NCBI RefSeq assembly: GCF_009834535.1
Contig: NC_045697.1
Coordinates: 2,730,001 to 2,794,000 of the forward strand
Direction: 5' to 3'
From: Camelus ferus
Taxonomy: Eukaryota
DNA length: 64,000 nt
Position 1 is the first letter of the stretch. Each line of letters opens with the position of its first letter. Below are positions 1 through 10,120 of this stretch, piece by piece. A program made the translations under genes and the position numbers. A model generated the notes under the pieces. It was given only the letters and a program-made list of their open reading frames with translations, was not told the origin of the DNA and did no database searches.

Positions 1-378
1 CAGAATTACTTGGCATACGAAGAACCAGGAAAACTTCAACTTGCCTGGGAAAAGACCACTGACAGGTTCCAATGCCAAAGCAATTCAGCTGTCAGACTTG
101 TCTGATGAAAACCTTAGTGCAAGTATTGTGAAAACAATCCAAGAAGAAAGGTGAACACAACTGAAACAAAAGATTGAAAGTCTAGGCTAAGAAGTAGAAG
201 ATATAAAGAAGAATTAAATGAAAATGTTAGAACTGAAAAGTATAATTATTAAAATAAAAACTCATTGTATGGGCTCAGTAGCAGAATGGACATGATGGGA
301 GAATAAGTTAGTGAACTTGAAGATAGAGCAATAAAAAATACCCAGTAAGGACAAAAGAGAAAAAAGAGGTTAAAAAAT
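1..378 (+). mobile_element. Old LINE-1 ORF1-region fragment (continues at ~3830-4060)
   Basis: A-rich L1 ORF1-like motifs (agtgaacttgaagataga). Confidence 0.65.
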
Positions 379-435
379 TATCACAAAATCCAACACCGTT
401 TCATGATGAAAACACCAAAAAAAAACTAGAACAGA

Positions 436-1715
436 TAAACAAATGGGACGTAATTAATTTAAAAGCTTTTGCACAGCAAAGGAAACCATAAACAAAACGA
501 AAAGACAACCTACAGGATGGGAGAAAATATTTGCAAACAATGTGACCGACAAAGTCTTAATTTCCAAAATATACAAGCAGCTCACACAGCTCAATATCAA
601 AAAAACAAACAACCCAATAAAAACTGGGCAGATCTAAATAGACATTTCTCCAAAGAAGACATGCAGATGGCCAACAGGCCCATGAAAAGATGCTCGACAT
701 CACTAATTATTTGAGAAATGCTACAAAACTACAATGAGGTGTCACCTCTCAGCGATCAGAACGGCCATCATCAAAAAGTCTACAAATAATAAATGCTGGA
801 GAGGGTGTGGAGAAAAAGGAACCCTCTTACAATGCTGGTGGGAATGTAGATTGGTGCAGCCACTATGGAGAACAGTATGGAGGTTCCTTAAAAAAGCTAA
901 AAATAGACTTATACACAATCCTGCAGTCCCACTCCTGGGCATATATCAGAAGAAAGCTATAATTCAAAAAGATACATGCACCCCAATGTTCACAGCAGCA
1001 CTATTTACAACAGCCAAGACATGGAAGCCACCTAAATGTCCATCAACAGGTGACTGAATAAAGAAAATGTGAGATATATAATGTATATAATGGAATACTA
1101 CACAGCAATAAAAAGGAATGAAATAATGTCATTGGCAGCAACACGGCTGGACCTGGAGATGATCATATTAAGTGAAGTAGGCCAGACAGAGAAAGACGAA
1201 TACCGTATGATATCACTTATATGTGGAATATACAAAATGACACAAGTGAATTTATTTACAAAACAGAAAGTGACCCTCAGAATAGAAAACAAATGTATTG
1301 GGGGTGGGTAGAGTGTGTGCTTAGCATGCACAGGTCCTGGTTCAATCCCCAGTACCTCCATTTAAAAAGTACATAAAAACTGAATTACCCCTCCTTAAAA
1401 AAGAAAAATAAATACAAAAAAAAATTCTTTTAAAAGAAAACAAACTTATGGTTACCAGGGCAGTAAAGGGGGAGGGAGAGATAGACTGGGAGTTTGGGGT
1501 TGGCAGATGCATATACTATGTACAGAGTAGATAAACAACAAGGCCCTACGCTACAGAACAGGCAACTATATCCAGCGGCTTGTAGTAACCTGTAATGAAA
1601 AAGAGCATGAACACGCATGTACGTATACAGCTGCATCACTATGCCGTACACCGGAAACTAATGCAGCATTGCAAAGAAACTGTACTTCAACTTTTTAAAT
1701 TAGGGGCGAAAAAAG
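436..1715 (+). mobile_element. Younger 5'-truncated LINE-1 (ORF2 C-terminus and 3'UTR)
   Basis: [25 protein letters not shown] is the L1 ORF2 Cys-rich domain. Flanked by the repeat ACTAGAACAGA (425-435, 1716-1726). Confidence 0.9.
1299..1434 (+). mobile_element. tRNA-Ala-derived SINE (vic-1-like)
   Basis: GGTAGAGTGTGTGCTTAGCATGCACAGGTCCTGGTTCAATCCCCAGTACCTCCA head, A-rich tail, TSD AGAAAACAAA (1284-1293, 1435-1444). Confidence 0.85.
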
Positions 1716-3829
1716 ACTAGAACAGAAGGGAACTTCGTCAGCCTGACCACGGGCATGTGTGAAGCAAGCACAGCCCCCCTCATGCTCAGCGGCGGAGGCT
1801 GGCTGCTTTCCCCGAAGGGCAGCAACAAGGCAAGAGCGTCGCCTCCGCGGAGCGCCGCCCCAGAGGTTCCAGGTGGGCCATAGGCAAGCAAAAGATGAGA
1901 GGCCTCAGATTGTAAAAGAGCTAAAACTGTCTCGATTCGCATATGACATAATCTTACACATAGAAAACCCTAAGAATCCACAAAAACATCTGTTACAGTG
2001 AATTAAAAAGCTGAGCCAGGTTGTAGGATATGAGCTCAACATGCAAAAATGAGTTGTAATTCTTACACACTAGCCACGGGCAATCCAAGGATGTAAGTCC
2101 AGCAATAGTATCAGAAAGAACAAAAATACTTGGGAATAAATTTAACCAAACTACAAATTAGAGCTGAAAGAAATGAAAGACATAAGTAAATGGGACGCCG
2201 TCTGTGTTCACGGACTGGAAGCTTTAATACTTTAGACGATGCTCCGCAAACGGTCTACAGATGTAATGGAACCCCGTCAAAATGCCAACTGCCTGCTTTC
2301 CCGAAGTGGATGCATTTGATCCTAAAACTCATCGAAAGCGAGCCCAAATAGCCAAAACAACCTTGAAACAGAACAGCAAAGTTGGAGGATGCACCCTTCC
2401 CGACTTCAACACTTACTACCAAGCTCATCGTCGAGACAGGGTACAGGATTGGGGACGAACAAAGAAATCGATGGAACAGAACTGAGAGCCCAGAAATCAC
2501 CCAGACATGATGGCCAACTGACTTTCTAAAAGGATACCAAGACCGTTCAATGGGGAAAGAATAGTCTTTTTAACAAACAGTGGAGGAATGGTTGGATAGC
2601 CACAAACAAAAGATAATGAATTTGGACCCTTACCTCACACCATATACAAAAACTAACTCAAAATTAACTAAAAGACCTCAATGTAAGAGCTAAAACTACA
2701 AACTCTTAGAAGGGAACATAAGTATAAGATTTTGTGGCCTCAGAATTGGCAACAGTTTCTTAGATGTGAGATGAAACACATAATCAATAAAAGAAAAGAT
2801 ACATACACTGGACTCCATCAAAATGAAAAAATTCTGCTGCATAAGACATTCTCGAGAAGGCAAAAAGACAACGCACAGAATGGGACGAAATGCTGGCAAA
2901 CCATACATCTGGTAACTGGTAGAATACAACAATAAAAAAGCAAATAATCCCACTTAAAAATGAGCAAAGGACCTGAATGGGCGTTTCTCCAGAGAAGATG
3001 CACAAACAGCCAACAGGCACAGGGATAGATGCTCGCCATCGTTAGTCGTCAGGGGACGCAAATCAAAACCACAAGGAGACACAACGGCACACCCACGGGG
3101 ACGGCTGTCATCCAAACCAGAAACAGTGAGGGCTGGGGAGGATGTGGCGGCCTTGGTGCCCTTGCACACGGGCGGTGGGAAGGTCAAACGGTGCGAACTG
3201 TGGAAACCAGTGTGTTAGTGCCCCCACAAGGGAAACATGGAACCCCCGTGTGACCCGGAGACTCTGTGCCTCAGGGTGTAAGAAAAGTGAAAAGAGAGCA
3301 AGAGAAATAAAAACACAGGGCCACACGAAAACTAGGTGCAGAAGTTGTTCGTCACGGCGTTGTTCGCGATAGCCAGAAAGGGAACACAACCCCGATGTCT
3401 GTCAGCAGACAGATTTTTAATGCGGTCTCCGCACAGCGGAAGACTATCCAGCCGTTAAAGGAATGGCGCGCTGACACAGGGGGCCACATGGATGAGTCTT
3501 TGAAAACACTGTGTCAATGTTTCAACAAAGGAGTCAGACACAAAAGGCCACAATTACGTAATTTCATGTATAAATGTCCTTAACAGGCCCATCTAGAGAG
3601 ACAGAAAGCAGGGTAGGGGCTGTCGGGGTGAGGGGTGGGGGGAACTGGGGGTGACCGCTAACAGGTCTGGGTGTCTTCTGGGGATGACAGAAGCACTCCA
3701 GGATTGCACGGTGATGATGGTTGCACGACATTGTAGATGTGGTAAAGACCACTGACTTGTCCACTTTAAAATGGTTAAAATGGTGACTTTTATGTCATGT
3801 GAATTCTAGCTAATTAAAAAATACAATTA

Positions 3830-4060
3830 AAAAAAGAGAAAAAAATGCACAAAGCTTCACAGGCCCATGAGGAAATAACGTAAGGTCTAATGTTGTGTCG
3901 TCGAGTCCCAGAAGGAGAGAGGGAAGGGACGGCGCGGAAACAAAACATCTGAAGAAATAATGGCTGAAAACTTCCCAAATTTGGCAAAAGACACAAACTT
4001 TAAAACGCAAATGTCCTCCAGCGGGTGAACAGATGAATGCCCCAGGCTACATCCACCCAA
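3830..4060 (+). mobile_element. Old LINE-1 ORF1-region fragment
   Basis: gaagaaataatggctgaaaacttcccaaatttgg is a typical L1 ORF1 motif (EEIMAENFPNL). Confidence 0.75.
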
Positions 4061-5899
4061 TGAACCGCCACCCAGCGCCAGGAGGACTGGCCCGCGGACG
4101 CAGGCAACTCCTGGGCTGGCCCCAAGGGCGTCACGCTGGGGAAGGGAGCCGAGACTGGGGTCTCTTTCGTGTTCGTTTGCCAGATAACCCCAGTGGGGTT
4201 ACTCCATTCATTAGGCATCCTGGAAAAGACACAACTGTGGTGCTGGAGAGCAGGTCTCTGGCTGCTGGGGGAGATCACGGGTGGATCTGGGTCACGAAGG
4301 AGAGCAAACACCAGCTCCTTAGAGGGGAGAGTCCTGGCACTGACATGTGGGCACCACGCCGTGTCCAGGAGGGACTGGGGTGCACAGAGCAGCCAGCCCC
4401 GACTCCCCCAGAAGCCACAGGAAGAAACAGAAACAGAAGGTGTCAAGGCCCCAGCGCCTGGGGAATAAGACCATCACTCTCACTGCTGGTCCCCACTTTG
4501 CCGTGGCAACCCCACCCGCCTCGACCTCGGCCGGGCGGGCCCAGATCCAGCTCAGCATGTGAGTCTCCGTTCACTGCCACCAAACGTGTCTTCAGCAAGG
4601 CAGTGTTGGGGGCTGAGATGAAGTGCTGTGTCTAATTTCCTTGGCAACGGCTTTTCTATCTCAATAGCGGGTCAGCAAGGGAGCATCTTGCAGTGGTCTG
4701 TGTCTAGGAGTCCGTGGGATGTAGCCTTTATTCCTGCAGCTGACGGACACCGGCAGCTGGCCTGCAGGGTGTCACCCACTGTGCGGGCCGGGGGTTCACT
4801 GAGGAATAAAGCCCTGCCCCAGGGACGTGGACGATGCAGTTCCGCATCGGAGTGAGGGTGAGTGAGGGGCAGACAGAGCTGCCCAAGTGTCTGCTGCTTT
4901 GATCTCAGCCGCCGGCCCTGGGCCTTCCTCGCGTACTGGCCTTGCCCGCCCCGCCTCCTCCACTGCTGACCTCAGCCCTCCCCGGGCCAGCCGCCTCCCA
5001 GGACGGGCTGAGCTCCAGAGGCCCCAGGCCCTCTCATCCCGGGAACACAAACCTTCCTTCCTCTTGACTGGGAATATTTGGGATTCCACCGAACGCCCCG
5101 TTGAACTTTTCCAGAGCCATTTCCTGAGCAGCAAATTCTTGAGCCTCCTTTGAAATGCGTTTTCCTTCTGTCCTGCTTTCTCTGCGCCCTTGGCCTCTCC
5201 CGTGGCCCAGAAATTTCTTGGCTCACAGGAAGGCCTGCGTCCTTTTGAGCGAGGTTTCAGGGAGGAGGCTTTATGAGAGGCTGTGAATTTTCAATCTCCA
5301 CAGGTCCCAGGGGCCGGGAGATGGATTCTGAACCTGTGTCACCTTGGGAAACACCTCCCTCAGGAAGCCCTCCCGCCCCCACCTCACCCTGGGCACAGCA
5401 CCTGGGCAAGCTGTCTGTGGGGAGGAACCAGTCCATCCCAGGCCGAAGTGGTCCCGCTGTGTGTGAGCGTGCGGCCCCTGCCGCAGGGGCTCCCCACGTG
5501 AACCGGCGGGTTTGTAGCACCTGCAGGGCACCGCCATGGGGTCTCTCAACACTTCTCGAGGGCCAAGGTCAAGCATTTGTGGCAGCCCCAGGGTGTGGGC
5601 TGTGCAGAATCGCTGCATCCTCTCAGCTGCCGTGTGTCCGGATCCCAGGGAGAGGCCCTGAGGGAGCATGGGCACCACGTCCCAGCTGGAGGCCTCTCGG
5701 CAACAGCCACGTGGAAGGAACAAATGAGTGGACGTGGGTCAAGAATGAGGAGGAGGAGCGAGTGACAAAGAGGAGGGAGGGGCTCTGCTCCCAGAAGTGC
5801 TCCGTGAGCGCCGGGAGCCCGGCCTTCACGGCCACGTGTAGCGCAAACACCCCCCACCGCGCCATCTGCACCCGCATCACAGGGTGAATGTCACCGTTC

Positions 5900-6130
5900 T
5901 CCTTTGTGGCTTGGACTTTCCTGTCCTGATTAAGAAATCATTCTCTGACCCAAGATTATATGAATGTTCTCCTGGGATGTTCTTGATGTTTTGGAGTTTT
6001 GCATTTCACGCGTAGGTCTTTAATCTGCCCAGAGTTTGTTTTGTATGGGGTTTAAAATAGGGCTCTATGTCTTCATTGTCTGCACAGAGGAGCAATCATT
6101 CCAGCCGCAATTGTCAAATCGCCTGCCCTT
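5900..6130 (-). mobile_element. Decayed LINE-1 ORF2 fragment
   Basis: T-rich antisense L1 motif (taggtctttaatc...gagtttgttttgtatggg). Confidence 0.5.
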
Positions 6131-6399
6131 TCTACCTTGAATGCCAGAGGGAAGCTCAGGCCAGCTCTCTGACTGGGGACCTAGAAGGTCCTTCCTCACC
6201 TCCTCTCCCTAGCCAACTCCTATTCATCCCTCAGTGCCCAGCTGTGTGCTCACTACTCCCAGGCAGACTTCTCTGATGCCAGGCCTGGTTTTGGTGCCTC
6301 CTCTGGGTTCCACTGTCTCTCTGCTCCCCTCTGCCTCAGCGGAAAACACACAGAAACCCAGTTTGACAAATGGGGGTCATTCATAAAAGGTTGAAATCT

Positions 6400-6530
6400 T
6401 GCTCCTTTTGTAACTGTGTGACCTCGGACAAGTTCCTTAACTTCTCTTAGTTCAGTTTCCTTGGGTATAAAACAAGAGTAACAATATATGCCTTAAAGTT
6501 TGCTGCAAGCATTGCATAAGGTAACCCTTC
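6400..6530. mobile_element. MIR SINE fragment
   Basis: MIR core tgtgtgacctcggacaagttccttaacttctc...cagtttcct. Confidence 0.65.
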
Positions 6531-6639
6531 TGAGATCCCTGGACTCTCAGAAGGGCTCCGTACGTGATCATTACTGTCCGTGCTGACTGTGGGTGTTACA
6601 CCTACCTCTTTCCTGGGCCGTTTCCCGAGTAGATGGAGT

Positions 6640-7179
6640 GCTCCCAGGGTAGGAACTGGGTCTGCCCCATGGGGGTGTTTGCCGAACGAGCTGGGGACAG
6701 GAGAGGATGTGACTTCTTCGGCCATCGTAAGGGGAGGAGAGTTGTTAAAAGGAAGAGCAGCCTGGGCTTGGCCGGGGACCAGGGCTCCAGGCCATGCGGC
6801 CACCACACCCCTTGCAGAGACGTCGTTACAGTGGAAAATGAGCCCTGGCCACCTACACGCGGGAGGCACCAGTCCGGGCTGGCCCTGGGGAGGACTTCTC
6901 CAGGCAGCCCTGAGCGGCCCGGCTGCATTCCCGCTGAGAAGGCTCCCCAGCCCACGGGCAGCCCTGAGCCCAGCCCAGAGGGGGGTTGCTCATTGCCACC
7001 TTGCCTCCCACCCACACCTGTCGCCCCACCAGGGCCCTGGTCTCCGGCCAAGCCCAGGCTGCTCCTCCTTTTAACAACTCTCCTCCCCTTACGATGGCCG
7101 AAGAAGTCACATCCTCTCCTGTCCCCAGCTCGTTCGGCAAACACCCCCATGGGGCAGACCCAGTTCCTACCCCAGGAGC
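6640..7179. repeat. Long inverted repeat: 146-bp arms (6640-6785, 7034-7179), 248-bp spacer
   Basis: Direct comparison gives 142/146 identity with a 107-bp perfect core (6647-6753). Visible as mirrored peptides in ORFs 6633..7238(+) and 6602..7189(-). Confidence 0.97.
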
Positions 7180-8454
7180 GCCCAGCCAAGCAGGGTCAGC
7201 TTGGGGACCCAGGCCTTCGACTTCCCCTCCTGCGCTGAAAGTCAAAACCGAAACGGGAAAGTTGAAATGTTTAAAACCCACCAGTCTTTCAACAAGACTT
7301 CCATGCCCTTTCTGTGTCCAGCCTGTGATAGAAGCAGGGCCAGGAGAGAACGGGGTCCGGCCCCTGCCCCTCAAACCCTGGGCCGAGACCCCCACTGCTG
7401 AGAGAGGAGCTGATGGGCCCTGGGGGCCGTGCCCAGCCAGTCACAGCGATGGGCACAGGGCAGCCCCCGTCCAGCCCACAGAGGGTCTGTCCGCACCACT
7501 CAGCATGTCCAGAACCCGGCCAGGTGCCCCCCACCACCCCGCTTCCTCCTGCCAAACACAGCTTTTCACGCCAAAGGCAGGGAGTTCGTGGCCAATGCGG
7601 GGCTTTGGTGGCAAATTGTCCTTTCGCTCATGCATACACTCATTCGTTCACCCACTCATCCCTTTGTGCTTCCATTTCTTCATCTGCAAAATAAAGGTAG
7701 TGACAGCGCCCGCCTCATCGCAGGGTGTCGCGTGGACTCCCTTTGGGAGTGGAGCAGCCTTCACTGCTCACAGTCCTCCACCTGTCCAGGGTGGGAGCTG
7801 ACTGGGGACAAAGAAATCAGGAAGATGGGACTGGGAGTAAAATACCAGCTTCATTATTTAAAACCAACAAAAAGGCTAGATTCCGAAGAATCCAGATTGG
7901 ATGTGCAGCAAAGGTGACTTCCTAATGCTGGCCACCGGGGTTAGGCCACTACTGGGCCACAGGCAGCAGTGAGCAAGCCTGGCAGGCCTCCCTGCACGGC
8001 TGCCTGGGAACCGGCCCCACTGTGCGCTTGGAGGGGACACACAGCCTGCTCCCCCAGCAGGGAAGCACCCCGTCTTCCAGGAGTGTTCAGCAAAGTCCCC
8101 TCTTAAAGGACACTAGGTGAGGGAAAATGCTCCTGCCACCCCTGCTCGACCCAGCTGACATTTACATAAAGTGCGTGCACAGCGCCAGGCGTGGGAAGGT
8201 GCACAGCGACCACTGGCTGTGACGATTCTGACTATTATTTGCCACCCCCCGCGGTGTGCCGGGCAGGGGCTAAAGGCTGAGGCTGCGGCAGCGGGCAGAG
8301 CGCTGTCCTGCCATCCGCGCCCCCACCGGCCCTCACCGGCTGCGGGATGCGGGCCAGGCGGCCACCCCCCGACACCTCAGCTTCCCCTTGGGCTCACTGG
8401 GAGGAAGCCACGAGACCGCCTGCTGCGGTGCCTCCTCCTCAAGGAGTGGGTGCT

Positions 8455-10120
8455 TCCGCTTCGTTCTTTTCAGCGTATTTTGGATATTTTGGGTCCTTTG
8501 CAGTTTCATGTGAATTTTATTTATTCTTTAAAACTTATTTTTACTTTTAAAAATTCTTACTTTTTTATTTTGTTGTCTTTTTTCTTTGTTTAGCTCTTTC
8601 TGTTTGTTTTCTTGTTTTGTTGTTGTTATTTTATTAATTTCTTTTTTTCTTTAAAACAAATTCTTTTTAAACAAACCCTCGTGTCAAGGGCTGCCTTTCA
8701 ACAGATCGCAGTGAGGGACGTGCTCTGCTGTGTATGAAATCCAACCCAGAAGCACGTCGTCTACAAACGGTTCAGCACCAGGTTCCTTCATGTGAATTTT
8801 AGAATCAGCTGTCAACTTCCACGAAAAAGCCTGCTGAGAGCTTGCCTGGGGTTACGTCAAGTCTATAGGTAGCTCCGAGGAGAAGAGGCACCTTAACGTC
8901 TTTTGCTACATCCTCAGGGCTTGACTGTCCTTCGGCAACGCTCGGTGGTTTTCAGTGCCCAGTCCTGCACCTCTTATGTCAGATTTATTCATAAGTATTT
9001 CATGCTTTTTGATGTTATTGTAAATGGTTGTTTTAAATTTCCATCTCCAGTTGTTCTTTACTAGTGTATTAAAAATGATTTTATATATTGAAGTTGTATC
9101 CTGCCACCTTGCTAAACTCATTCATTCCAGTAGCTATTTTGTAGATTCCATCAGTTTCCATCAGATTTTCCACATAGACAGCCATGCTGTATGTGAATAA
9201 TGACAGTTTAATTTCTTAATTTCCACTATACATGCCTTTTATTTCTTTTTGTTGCCTCCTTGCGTTGGCCAACCCTCGGCACAACGCTGACCAGAAGCGG
9301 GGCAGCACGTACCGTAGTCCTGCCCCCGTTCTCAGAGGCGGCCTGTCTTCCTCCACTAAGCACATGAACGGGGAGAGGCATTTCATAGGTGCCCTTAGGC
9401 TGGGAATAGAAGCTCCCTCCTATTCCTCCTGTGTTGAGGGCTTTTATCAAAAATATATTTTGGGTTTTATCAAAGAAGTTTTGCCTCTATTGAGATGATC
9501 ATGTGGTTTTTCATTTTTAGCTTATTGATGTGGTAAATTAAATTGATTGCTGTTTAAATATTAAACCAACCTTGCATTCCTAGGATAAATCTGCCTTTGC
9601 CATAAAACATTATTCTATTTATATGTGATGGGATTCAATTTTCTAAAATTTTGTTTAAAATTTTTTCACTTATGCTCCTAAGAGAGATTAGTTTGTAGCT
9701 TTCTTTCTGTAAGCCTGGTTCTGGTTTTGGTATCAGAATAATGCTGGCTTCACAGGGTGAGTGGGGAAACACTCCTCCCTCTCCCATTTTCCAGAAAAGT
9801 CTGGGCACAGTTGGTGTTATTTCTTTCTTAGATTTTTGGTAGAATTTTCCAAGGAAACCACCTGGGCCTGAATTTTCTTTATGGGGATGTTTCAACTACT
9901 AATTCAATTTCTCTAGTAGATATAGGGCTATAATCTGAAAATAATGTTTTTCTTCTTGAATGAGCTTTGGTATTTTACATCTTTCAAGGAATTTGCCCAT
10001 CATAACCGAGTTTGAGTCCACTGACACAAGGTTGTCCATACTATTCCCTGTTTTCCTTTTAGCATCTGTGGAATCTTTAGTGACGTCATCTCCCTCCTTC
10101 CTGACGTTGGTAACATTGGT
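8455..10120 (-). mobile_element. Old LINE-1 ORF2 fragment (host of the 28S retrocopy)
   Basis: Antisense ORF2 peptides (SGPGGFLGKFYQ...EASIILIPKP...ISEKILNKIL). Confidence 0.85.
8520..8786 (-). pseudogene. Retroposed 28S rRNA 3'-terminal fragment (8671-8786) with degenerate A-rich tail (8520-8670); SINE28-like
   Basis: ACAAACCCTCGTGTCAAGGGCTGCCTTTCAACAGATCGCAG...GTCGTCTACAAACGGTTCAGCACCAGGTTCC matches the recalled reverse complement of the 28S 3' end. Flanked by the 15-bp direct repeat TTCATGTGAATTTTA (8505-8519, 8787-8801). Confidence 0.9.

Larger units (their letters stand above)
380..3830 (+). mobile_element. Old LINE-1 (L1MB-like) ORF2 and 3' end, interrupted by a younger L1
   Basis: Decayed ORF2 peptides (LSRFAYDIILHIENPK; AKTTLKQNSKVGGCTLPDFNTYY) and an L1MB-type 3' terminus (...ttaaaatggttaaaatggtgacttttatg...). 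Confidence 0.8.

Noticed and set aside
469..1311. ORFs resembling reverse-transcriptase C-terminal segments
   Set aside because: Frameshifted, 5'-truncated L1 ORF2 remnants rather than a gene.
6447..7801. Several ORFs sharing identical peptides on both strands
   Set aside because: A direct consequence of the inverted repeat; no protein family recognised.
8671..8786. Functional rRNA gene
   Set aside because: Only ~116 diverged bases with retroposition hallmarks.
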